From Vicinamibacteria bacterium (GTDB taxonomy: Bacteria; Acidobacteriota; Vicinamibacteria; Marinacidobacterales; Marinacidobacteraceae): a DNA stretch of 64,000 nucleotides. Under the pieces are notes generated by a model that saw only the letters and a program-made list of their open reading frames with translations, did no database searches and was not told the DNA's origin. The DNA lies in the NCBI GenBank assembly GCA_963555995.3, contig OY821641.1:1440001-1504000 (forward strand), in the 5' to 3' direction. Shown in pieces: positions 55,961-64,000 of this stretch (positions are counted from its first letter, which is position 1; the number at the start of each line of letters is the position of its first letter). The position numbers and the translations under genes are program-made.

Positions 55961-56992
55961 CTACTCATGGGCGGCCCGGTACTCGTCGCGCAGCCGGATC
56001 ATGCGGTCGAACACCGGCGGGGAGACGAGCTGCTCCCGGACCAGCGGGAAGAGCTTCTCGGCGGTCTCCATCCAGGCGTTCTCGAACTCGGAGGAGGCCT
56101 CGATCACCTCCAGACCCCGCGACTTCATCGCCGCGAGCGACTTCCGTTCCTGCTCGCGGTTGGTCTCGCGGAACGAGACCGCCGCCTCGTTGCTCTTGCG
56201 GAGCACCACTTCCTGCTGGGACGGGTCGAGCCGTTCCCAGCCCTGCTCGTGCACGATGATGGCGCCCTGGAGCGGCGCCCAGGGCAGGTCGTTCATGAAC
56301 TTGGCCGAGCGGTAGATCTGGGACCCCTCCGCGAGGACGATCGGCAGCGGGACCGCCTCGATGAGTCCGGTCTGGAAGCCGCTCACCAGCTCGACCGAAC
56401 TGATCTGGACCGGGTCGAGCCCCGACCAGCGCAGGAGATCGAGGACCGTCTGGTCGTTCGAGGCGCCCGCCAGCTTCAGCCCCTGCAGGTCTTCGAGGGT
56501 ACGGACGGGGTCGCTCGCGAAGAAGTGGAGCCAGCCCACGTCGGCCCAGGCGATCACCTGGAACCCGTGCCCGCGCAGCGTTTCCGCGATCGCCGGGTTC
56601 ATGGCCTCCCGGACGTGGTCCCATTCGGGATAGTCGCGGAACACCATCGGGATGGAGAGCGTCCAGGCGCTCGGGTCCAGCTCGGCGAGTCCCACGTTGG
56701 AGACCGCGGCCATCTGCACCTGGCCGATCCGCATCTTGCTGATCATCGCGGTCTCGTCGCCCGCGGCGCCGCCGGCGATGATTCGGATGCGCACCTCGCC
56801 GCCGGTCTCGCGGCCGATCTCGGCGGCCATCTTGTCGAGGATCAGGTGGTACGCCGATCCCCGCGGCGCGACGGTCGCGAGCCGCAGGTTGACCCGCGCC
56901 TCGGCGGCGGCCGCCGGCAGGAGAAGCGCGAGACCGAGCGCCGCCAGCGCGCGGCAGCGCCCGGCCGGAAGAAGTTTCCTGACGTTCTGCAT
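55961..56992 (-). CDS. dctP: TRAP substrate-binding protein (DctP/TatP)
   Basis: LATVAPRGS and GDETAMISKMRIGQ. Confidence 0.85.
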   Translation of the reverse strand: MQNVRKLLPAGRCRALAALGLALLLPAAAAEARVNLRLATVAPRGSAYHLILDKMAAEIGRETGGEVRIRIIAGGAAGDETAMISKMRIGQVQMAAVSNVGLAELDPSAWTLSIPMVFRDYPEWDHVREAMNPAIAETLRGHGFQVIAWADVGWLHFFASDPVRTLEDLQGLKLAGASNDQTVLDLLRWSGLDPVQISSVELVSGFQTGLIEAVPLPIVLAEGSQIYRSAKFMNDLPWAPLQGAIIVHEQGWERLDPSQQEVVLRKSNEAAVSFRETNREQERKSLAAMKSRGLEVIEASSEFENAWMETAEKLFPLVREQLVSPPVFDRMIRLRDEYRAAHE

Positions 56993-57002
56993 GGCGAAAT
57001 CC

Positions 57003-57944
57003 CTACTGATTCTGCATGTCCTCGAGGAAATAGTCCTCGACGTTCCCGAGCAGCCAGGCGGCCCGCACCTGGGCCACCTGGTTCACGAGGCGCGAGCCGG
57101 GCTCGCTGTCGATGTCGAAATCGAGCGCCTGCCGCAGCAGGGTCTCGAACTCCTCCCGGTCGCCGCTGGCGACGGAGCCGCTCTCGGCCCAACTGGACCA
57201 GAGCACCGGCCGCCGCTCCGGGCCGATCTGGAGGGCGTGTTCGTAGTACTCGCGGGCCTCTTCGACCGAGCCCCCGATGCGCGAGACCTCGTAGAGGCTG
57301 AGGTAGTCGTACACGACCCCGTCGTCCACGGTGTCGTCGAGTTCGCGGGAGCGGTGGAGCAGGGCGCCCATCAGGGCGAGGTCCGCGGTGGCTTCGGGGT
57401 TGTCGGTGTCCATCGCGATCCAGGCGCCGAGGGCGGTGCCGGTCCACAGGGCCAGGGCCGCGTCCTCGACCTCCAGTTCGGCGGCGGCGGCTTCCGGATC
57501 GCTCCGGAGGCGCGCCTCGATCCCCCGGTGGTTCACCTCCAGACCGCGCATGCCGTAGTTCGTGGCGCGGCGGTAGAGCCGGGCGGCGCGTCGCCGGACC
57601 GCCTGCTTCTCCTCGAACTGGGTGAAGTCGAGTTCGAAGAGGTCCGGCTCCACGAAACCGTAGGTGAACAGCAGGAACCCCTTGGTCGCGCTCAGCAGCA
57701 TGTCCCGGTGCTCGGGGCTCGTCTCGAGCATCGTCTCCATGAGCCAGAGGTTGTTCGCGAGCGGGGCCTTCACGAGGTCGAGGTCGTCGTCGGAACGGAA
57801 GACGGCCTCCCCCTCCGCAAGCAGCCCGGCGATGGAGTTCACCGCCATGTTGGCCACCAGGGAACACCCCGGCAGGAACGCCAGCGCGGCCGTCAGGCTC
57901 GCCGTGAGGGCGAAACGCGCGGTCCCGGTCCCGGTGGCGCTCAT
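57003..57944 (-). CDS. TRAP-associated TatT lipoprotein (TPAT system)
   Basis: Lipobox LPGC; helical protein; DDLDLVKAPL; lies upstream of dctP. Confidence 0.75.
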   Translation of the reverse strand: MSATGTGTARFALTASLTAALAFLPGCSLVANMAVNSIAGLLAEGEAVFRSDDDLDLVKAPLANNLWLMETMLETSPEHRDMLLSATKGFLLFTYGFVEPDLFELDFTQFEEKQAVRRRAARLYRRATNYGMRGLEVNHRGIEARLRSDPEAAAAELEVEDAALALWTGTALGAWIAMDTDNPEATADLALMGALLHRSRELDDTVDDGVVYDYLSLYEVSRIGGSVEEAREYYEHALQIGPERRPVLWSSWAESGSVASGDREEFETLLRQALDFDIDSEPGSRLVNQVAQVRAAWLLGNVEDYFLEDMQNQ

Positions 57945-58006
57945 GGCACCGGAAGGTTACTCCCTGGGGGGACGCGGGGCGGGGAAGCGGATAGCCTCCG
58001 CGCGTC

Positions 58007-58567
58007 ATGCGCGTTTCCCGTCTTTTTCTGCGGTTCCGGTCCGTCCCGCTGCTCCTGATCGCTGCGGGCGGGCTGCTGTTCTCCGCCTGCGGATCGCCGG
58101 AGCCTCCGCCGCCCGCCCGGCCCGCCGCCGGGGAGTCCCGGCCCGCGCCCGACCCCATCGTGGGGTCCTGGCGGCCGCGCGAGTACCGCCTCGCCGCCGG
58201 GGAGACGCTGCCGGTGGACGGCCGGATCGTGTTCCTCGCCCGGAGCGATGACGGCAGCCGCGGCGAATGGTCGGTGAACTTCTTCGTGACCGGCGAGGAC
58301 GGCGCCGCGGTCCGGGGATCGGCCGAGGGCGGGGAGTGGTCGCGCGACGGCAGGTCCCTGTTGCTCACCCACCAGTTCCATCTTTCGGCGGGCGGCGCGT
58401 CCGGGCCGCTGCCCGAGGCGCCGCTGGCGATGGCGTTCCGTTCGGCGGCGGAGGCGGACCGGAACCACCGCGAGCCCTGCGAGGTCACGGTGGAGGGGGC
58501 CGTGCTGACGCTCCACTTCCCGAGCGGCAACTCGATGACCTTCGAGCGCGTCGAGGCCCTCCGGTAG
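58007..58567 (+). CDS. hypothetical lipoprotein (lipocalin-like)
   Basis: Signal ending FSAC; IVGSW motif; beta-rich. Confidence 0.6.
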   Translation: MRVSRLFLRFRSVPLLLIAAGGLLFSACGSPEPPPPARPAAGESRPAPDPIVGSWRPREYRLAAGETLPVDGRIVFLARSDDGSRGEWSVNFFVTGEDGAAVRGSAEGGEWSRDGRSLLLTHQFHLSAGGASGPLPEAPLAMAFRSAAEADRNHREPCEVTVEGAVLTLHFPSGNSMTFERVEALR

Positions 58568-58601
58568 CGGGGTGCCCGGACCAGCCGCCATGGCGCCGCC
58601 G

Positions 58602-58850
58602 GCTTGGAACGCCGGTCTCCAGACCGGCACGCACGGCGCTCCGCGCCGTGCACGGCCCGACCTTGACCTGCGGGATGGCGTGCAGCTTGGAACGCCGGTC
58701 TCCAGACCGGCACGCACGGCGCTCCGCGCTGTGCACGGCCCGACCTTGACCTGCGGGATGGCGTGCAGCTTGGAACGCCGGTCTCCAGACCGGCACGCAC
58801 GGCGCTCCGCGCCGTGCACGGCCCGACCTTGACCTGCGGGATGGCGTGCA
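58602..58850 (+). repeat. three tandem 83-bp REP-containing units
   Basis: Units start at 58602, 58685 and 58768; identical except for one substitution in unit 2. Confidence 0.95.
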
Positions 58851-58902
58851 GGAGGAATAGGATGTTGACCCACAATCCTCCGCGCGGAGGGGAGACGCAT
58901 TG

Positions 58903-59382
58903 ATGAGAGAGACCACGCTCACGGTCAACGGCAAGACCCATACGCTCAACGTCGATCCGGCGACGCCGCTGCTCTACGTCCTCCGGAACGACCTGGGGCT
59001 GCGGGGGCCGCGCTTCGGCTGCGGCCTGGCCCAGTGCGGGACGTGCACGGTGCTGATGGACGGGCGGCCGATCCGTTCGTGCATCCTGCCGGTTTCCCGT
59101 ACCCGGGGCGAGATCACGACCCTGGAGGGACTGCCCGAGGACGGGCAGTTGCACCCGGTCCAGCAGGCCTGGATTGACGAGCAGGTCCCGCAGTGCGGCT
59201 TTTGCCAGAACGGCCAGATCCTCACCGCCGCGGCGCTGCTGGACAACAACCCGAACCCGTCCGACGACGAGATCCGCGGGGGCATGAACCCGATCCTCTG
59301 CCGCTGCATGACCTACTTCCGGATCCAGTCCGCGGTGAAACGCGCCGCGGCGGTGATGGCCGAAGGGGAGGCCGACCGATGA
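58903..59382 (+). CDS. 2Fe-2S subunit of xanthine dehydrogenase-family oxidoreductase (IorA-like)
   Basis: GCGLAQCGTC, QCGFCQNG and CRC motifs. Confidence 0.9.
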   Translation: MRETTLTVNGKTHTLNVDPATPLLYVLRNDLGLRGPRFGCGLAQCGTCTVLMDGRPIRSCILPVSRTRGEITTLEGLPEDGQLHPVQQAWIDEQVPQCGFCQNGQILTAAALLDNNPNPSDDEIRGGMNPILCRCMTYFRIQSAVKRAAAVMAEGEADR

Positions 59383-61760
59383 GCGCCCGGCGCGACGTGA
59401 ACTCGATGGAGCGCGCGCTCCATCGCTGGGACGGGACCACTTCCCGGCGCGACTTCCTCAAGTCCTCGGGACTCTTCGTCTTCGGCCTGAGCGCCCTGGG
59501 CGCGGCCGGCGAGAGCTTCGCGGCTCAGCCGGCGGCCGACGGACCCTATCCCGATCCCGACTTCCTCCAACTCGACTCGTGGCTGGTCGTGCACGCGGAC
59601 GGCAGCGCGACCTTCTACGTCGGCAAGACCGACGGCGGCCAGGGGACCGGCACCGCCACCCGGCAGATGATGTGCGACGAGCTCGACCTCGCCTTCGACC
59701 GGGCCACGGTGGTCATGGGACGCACCGACCGGACCGTGGACCAGGGCGGCTCGGGCGGCTCGGACGCGATCGAGCGCGACGCCATGGTCGGACGCCGGAT
59801 CGCGGCGGAGGCCCGCCGGGTGCTGCTGGAGATGGCGTCCGAGCGTTTCGGCGCACCGGTGGAAGAGTTGCGCGTGAGTGAGGGGGTGATCTCGCTGGAG
59901 GGCGATCCCTCGCGGACGGTCACCTACGGCGAGCTGATCGGCGGACGGCGCTTCGACGTCGCGCTGACCGGCGCGAACATCAACGAGACCGCCGGCGTCG
60001 CGAGCATCAAGCCGGTGCAGGATCTGAAACTCGTCGGCCAGTCCATCCCGCGCTACGACATCCCCGCCAAGGTGGACGGATCGTTCGAGTGGGCCGTCGA
60101 CGTCAACCTCCCGGGGATGGTCCATGCCCGGAACGTGCGCCCACCCTTCGCCGGGGCCACGCTCACCGGCGTTGACGAGTCCTCGGTGAGCGGGATGCCC
60201 GGCTTCCTCCGGGTGGTCCGCGAGGGGAACTACGTGGCGGTGGTGTGCGAGCGCGAGGAGCAGGCGATCGAGGCCGCGGAAGGTCTGGCGGTCACCTGGG
60301 AGAAGCCCGCCACGGCGCCGTTCCCGGCAGCGGACGACCTCTTCGACTACCTGCGGAGCGCGGAGCCGGAGCCCAACCCGGGCGGCCGCTGGGCGGCGGA
60401 GGTCGAGGGTGATCCCGACGGGGCGCTGGCGAGCGCGGCGACCGTGGTAGAGGCCGCCTACGACGTCCCCTTCCAGGGGCACACCGCGATCGGACCCGCC
60501 CACGCGCTGGCCGATCCGTCGGACGGCCAGATGACGATCTACACGAACGACATGAAGCCGTACAGCCACCGGACCGGGATCGCCGAGTTCCTGGGGATGC
60601 CGCCGGAGCGGGTGCGGGTGATCTGGATGGAGGGCCCACAGCTCTACGGGCGCACCGCGGCGGACGACGCCGGCTTCGAGGCTGCCTACCTGGCGAAGGA
60701 ACTGGGGCGCCCCGTTCGGGTCCAGTGGATGCGGCACGAGGAGACGGCGTGGGACACCAAGGGGCCCGCCTTCGCCATGGATCTCCGGGGGGGACTCGAT
60801 GCGGACGGCAACCTGGTCGCGCTGGACTACCAGGGCCGGATCGCCAACTACGCGCACGTCGGCTACAACCAGGCCCGGACCGTGCTCATCGCGCAACTGA
60901 TGGGCCTCCGGCCCGAGCGTCCGGCGCCCGGGGGCGCCGGCGGACCGGACGCCATGTACCACGTCCCGAACCGGCGCGAGGAGACGCGGGCGGTCCGCCT
61001 CCCGCTGGTCTTCGAGACGCCGCTCCGCACCGGCAACCTCCGCGACCCGAACGGCCCGCAGATCACCTTCGCCGCGGAGTCGTTCGTGGACGAACTCGCG
61101 GCGGCCGCCGACGCCGATCCCGTCGAGTTCCGGCTACGCCTCCTCCGGCGCGCCACGGACGACGACGAGATCTTCCGGCGGGCGCGCTCGATCGCGGTGG
61201 TCGAGGCGGCCGCCAAGGCCTACGGCTGGGATGCCCGGCCGTCACCCGCGAGGGTGGGCAGCGGACGCCTGCTCACCGGACGGGGCATCGCCTACGCCTA
61301 CCGCGCCCGCACCACCGTCGCCGTCATCGCCGAGGTCGAGGTGGACCGCGAGACCGGGCAGGTGCGGGTCCCGCGCATGGTCTGCGCCCACGACTGCGGC
61401 CTCGTGATCAACCCGGACGGCCTCGAGAACACCATCCAGGGGAACCTGCTGCACGGCATCAGCCGGACCCTCTACGAGGAGGTCCGGTTCGACACCGAGA
61501 AGGTCACGAGCGTCGACTGGCGGACGCACCCGACCCTCACCCACCGGGACGCCCCCGAGCGCATTGACGTCGTAGTGGTGAACGGCGACCCGAACCCCGA
61601 CCGCCCCGACCTCCGCCCCTACGGCGCCGGAGAACCCTCCCACAAGCCGGTCCCCGCGGCCATCGCCAACGCCGTCCACGACGCCACGGGCGTCCGGATG
61701 CGCCGCCTCCCCCTCCGCCCCGAGCGCGTCCTGGCAGAGCTGCAAGCCGCCGGGGTCTAA
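59379..61760 (+). CDS. molybdopterin-binding large subunit (IorB/NicB-like), Tat-exported
   Basis: SRRDFLK Tat motif; GQGTGT, AHDCG, GAGEP and AIANAVHDATG. Confidence 0.85.
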   Translation: MSARRDVNSMERALHRWDGTTSRRDFLKSSGLFVFGLSALGAAGESFAAQPAADGPYPDPDFLQLDSWLVVHADGSATFYVGKTDGGQGTGTATRQMMCDELDLAFDRATVVMGRTDRTVDQGGSGGSDAIERDAMVGRRIAAEARRVLLEMASERFGAPVEELRVSEGVISLEGDPSRTVTYGELIGGRRFDVALTGANINETAGVASIKPVQDLKLVGQSIPRYDIPAKVDGSFEWAVDVNLPGMVHARNVRPPFAGATLTGVDESSVSGMPGFLRVVREGNYVAVVCEREEQAIEAAEGLAVTWEKPATAPFPAADDLFDYLRSAEPEPNPGGRWAAEVEGDPDGALASAATVVEAAYDVPFQGHTAIGPAHALADPSDGQMTIYTNDMKPYSHRTGIAEFLGMPPERVRVIWMEGPQLYGRTAADDAGFEAAYLAKELGRPVRVQWMRHEETAWDTKGPAFAMDLRGGLDADGNLVALDYQGRIANYAHVGYNQARTVLIAQLMGLRPERPAPGGAGGPDAMYHVPNRREETRAVRLPLVFETPLRTGNLRDPNGPQITFAAESFVDELAAAADADPVEFRLRLLRRATDDDEIFRRARSIAVVEAAAKAYGWDARPSPARVGSGRLLTGRGIAYAYRARTTVAVIAEVEVDRETGQVRVPRMVCAHDCGLVINPDGLENTIQGNLLHGISRTLYEEVRFDTEKVTSVDWRTHPTLTHRDAPERIDVVVVNGDPNPDRPDLRPYGAGEPSHKPVPAAIANAVHDATGVRMRRLPLRPERVLAELQAAGV

Positions 61761-61768
61761 CTGCCCGA

Positions 61769-61874
61769 GGGACCGCCGGTCTTCAGACCGGCACGCGGGC
61801 CGGAGGCCCGCAGAGCGCGTAGGGCCGTTTGGCCCCATGGCGCGTACGGCTTGGAACGCCGGCTTCAGCCGGCG
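61769..61874 (+). repeat. two REP-like palindromes
   Basis: GGGACCGCCGGTCTTCAGACCGGCA and GGAACGCCGGCTTCAGCCGGCG. Confidence 0.7.
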
Positions 61875-61952
61875 CCGCGGTCCGCAGGGCCGCGAAACCG
61901 CATACCGCCGACCAGCGACGGGCGCGGCGCGTAGCCCGGAGCGTCCGGACCC

Positions 61953-63335
61953 TCAGCGGTAGCCGCGCGCTTCGAGCGCGGCGCCGAGCTCCGCCGAAAC
62001 GTCCGGATCGGGCGCGCCGCCCCCCTCGTTCTCCTGCCGCCACGCCACCGTCTGGATCCGCCGGGTCTCCAGTTGCGCCTTCAAGGGCTCCATCGAAAAC
62101 CGCGCCTGCTCGTAGACGTTCTCGGCCTCGTTGGGATCCCGGACGAGGTTGAACAGCGCGAACAGGGGGGCCTCGTGGCCGGGAACCGGGATGCGCAGCA
62201 TCCGCAGCCGGCCGTCATAGACGCCGAACAGCCCGCGTTCAGACTGCGCGTAGAGCCGTCGGTGGGGGCGTGGGTCGTCACCGAGCAGCGCCGGGACGAG
62301 GGACTTGCTGATCGTCCCCATCGGCAGGGTGTCCGCGGGCGGCACCCCGATCAGTTCGAGGGCGGTGGGGCCGATGTCGCCGAGGCCCACCGCCGATCCG
62401 AAACGCGTCTCGGCGGGGACCCGCGTTCCGTCCCCGCCGGGCCAGCCGACCAGCAGCGGCACTTCGAGCGTCTCCCGGAACAGGGTGCGCGGGGACTCGA
62501 AGGGCGGGCCGTGTTCCCCGAGCGACTCGCCGTGCAACCCGGCGACCACGAAGAGCGTCCTGCCTCGCAGCGGACCGGACGCCACGCTCGCGAGCAAGGC
62601 GCCGGCCGCGCGGTCCACCGAGCGGATGGAGGCGTCATAGCTGTCCACCAGTTCCCCGTAGCCGGCGCCGGGGGCGACCGCCGCGGTCGGTTGGAGCCCG
62701 CCGCGAAACCGCGGGCCGGCGGGGGTCATCTCGTCGCTGCGGACCGCGTTCAGGTCCTCTTCCGGCGGCTGATGCGGGCGGGCGGGCGCGGCGAAGTGGA
62801 GCCAAAGGAACAGGGGGGCGTCCTCGGTGGTGGTCCCCAGCGTCCCAAGTCCGAAGTCCCGTACCGCATCGGTGCCGGTGGCCGCATCGCCCCAGTACTC
62901 CCGGAACTCGTCGAAACCGCTCCCGAAGCCGAGTTCGGCGGCGAGGGCGGGATGGCTGACCGCGGCGAGGGTCCGGTAGCCGTGCTCGCGTAACCGTGCC
63001 GCGAGCGTGGCCCCCTCGATCAGCCGCGCGGGCTCTCCCCGGGTGCTCCGACTCGGGTCCACCCCGGTGAGAAGCGCCGCCGCGGCCCGCCCGGTCTCGG
63101 GCCAGGGCGTCAGCGCTTCGAGGAACACCGCACCCGACGCACCGAAGAGGTCCAGGTTCGGACTGATGTTGCGCGGATAGCCGTAGATCCCGAGGTGGTC
63201 GGCACGCAGCGAGGAGACGGTGATCAGCACGAGGTTGGACCGCTCGGTGGGGACCTGCGGTCCTGAATCGCCGCACGCGGCCGCGGTAAGGGCGGCCAGC
63301 GCTCCCGCGGCGAGGCGGTTGGGCCAGCCGTTCAT
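61953..63335 (-). CDS. sulfatase-like lipoprotein, degenerate active site
   Basis: NLVLITVSSLRADHL, LFLWLHF, HGESLGEHG and LFNLVRDPNE. Confidence 0.75.
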   Translation of the reverse strand: MNGWPNRLAAGALAALTAAACGDSGPQVPTERSNLVLITVSSLRADHLGIYGYPRNISPNLDLFGASGAVFLEALTPWPETGRAAAALLTGVDPSRSTRGEPARLIEGATLAARLREHGYRTLAAVSHPALAAELGFGSGFDEFREYWGDAATGTDAVRDFGLGTLGTTTEDAPLFLWLHFAAPARPHQPPEEDLNAVRSDEMTPAGPRFRGGLQPTAAVAPGAGYGELVDSYDASIRSVDRAAGALLASVASGPLRGRTLFVVAGLHGESLGEHGPPFESPRTLFRETLEVPLLVGWPGGDGTRVPAETRFGSAVGLGDIGPTALELIGVPPADTLPMGTISKSLVPALLGDDPRPHRRLYAQSERGLFGVYDGRLRMLRIPVPGHEAPLFALFNLVRDPNEAENVYEQARFSMEPLKAQLETRRIQTVAWRQENEGGGAPDPDVSAELGAALEARGYR

Positions 63336-63787
63336 CGACCCTCCGCCCCGCCCCGGATCTCGATGCGGCGGGCCCCGTTCGCTTCCCGGAGCAGACGCAC
63401 CCGCGTGGCGTCGGCGCGCCGGTAGGGTCCGAGCCGTTCCGGCCACTCGACGATCACCACCGCGTCTTCCTCCTCCATCTCCTCGATGCCGAGTTCCCGG
63501 AGTTCCTCGGGTCGCTCGATGCGGTAGAGGTCCAGGTGGTACACCGGGCGGGTGCCCTCGCCGTAGCGGGACACCAGGGCGAAGGTCGGGCTGGTGACCT
63601 GGCGGGGGTCCACGCCGTAGTGGCGTGCGAGTCCCTTGGCGAACACGGTCTTCCCGGCGCCCAGGTCCCCCTCGAGATAGAAGGCGCGGCAACCGGGTTC
63701 GCGGGCCGCGAGGCGGGCGCCCGCTTCGAGGGTGTCCTCCGGACTGCGGCTGGCGACGGAGTCGGCCGCCCCCGGCGCAGCCCTCAC
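63332..63787 (-). CDS. tsaE: tRNA threonylcarbamoyladenosine biosynthesis ATPase TsaE
   Basis: [20 protein letters not shown] and VEWPE. Confidence 0.95.
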   Translation of the reverse strand: MRAAPGAADSVASRSPEDTLEAGARLAAREPGCRAFYLEGDLGAGKTVFAKGLARHYGVDPRQVTSPTFALVSRYGEGTRPVYHLDLYRIERPEELRELGIEEMEEEDAVVIVEWPERLGPYRRADATRVRLLREANGARRIEIRGGAEGR

Positions 63788-64000
63788 CGGGACGCCTCCC
63801 GGCGCAACCGGCGCACCGCCTTGCCGAGGTGGGCGGCCACGCCGGACGCGGTGACGGCGTCTTCGCCGCTGCTCGCGCGGGCTTCTTCCCCGGCGAGTCC
63901 GTGCAGGAAGACGCCCGCGGAGAGCGCTTCGAGCGGGGCCAGGCGGCGGGCGAGCAGCGCTCCCACCACTCCGGTGAGGACGTCCCCGGAGCCGCCCGCG
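63784..64000 (-). CDS. nnr: NAD(P)HX dehydratase (Nnr/YjeF) C-terminus, partial
   Basis: [10 protein letters not shown]...[10 protein letters not shown]; conserved nnr-tsaE gene order. Confidence 0.85.
   Translation of the reverse strand, partial: AGGSGDVLTGVVGALLARRLAPLEALSAGVFLHGLAGEEARASSGEDAVTASGVAAHLGKAVRRLRREASR

Noticed and set aside
58602-58850. Second CRISPR array
   Set aside because: The units are identical end to end, with no unique spacers.

Overview
High-GC (about 70% by eye) bacterial chromosomal window. The gene repertoire (secreted propellers, lipoproteins, S9/M81/M23 peptidases, VWA protein, sulfatase-like protein) suggests an Acidobacteriota-like organism; this is inference only. 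The centre (about 12.6-27.4 kb) holds a complete type I-E CRISPR-Cas locus: cas3, cas8e, cse2, cas7, cas5, cas6e, cas1, cas2, then a 67-repeat/66-spacer array ending at a 270-bp IS21-like miniature element and a DEDDh exonuclease gene. The most notable signal is a hidden two-pseudo-repeat mini-array on the minus strand between cas3 and cas8e. Its 20-nt guide matches two sites in the locus itself: the AT-rich cas8e promoter region (AAT PAM) and the cas2-tail/CRISPR-leader junction. This suggests RNA-guided autoregulation of the Cascade operon and possibly of the array. Other candidates are an NYN RNase gene behind a clear promoter and a long structured leader RNA, two probable pseudoenzymes, RHH regulators with visible operators, a VapBC/FitAB pair, an orphan antitoxin, and many REP/MITE elements. 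The rest is housekeeping or catabolic: fumC, etfBA, TRAP-TPAT, GH2, GH63-like, a molybdoenzyme, tsaE and nnr. All product calls come from motif recognition by eye; no database searches were run.
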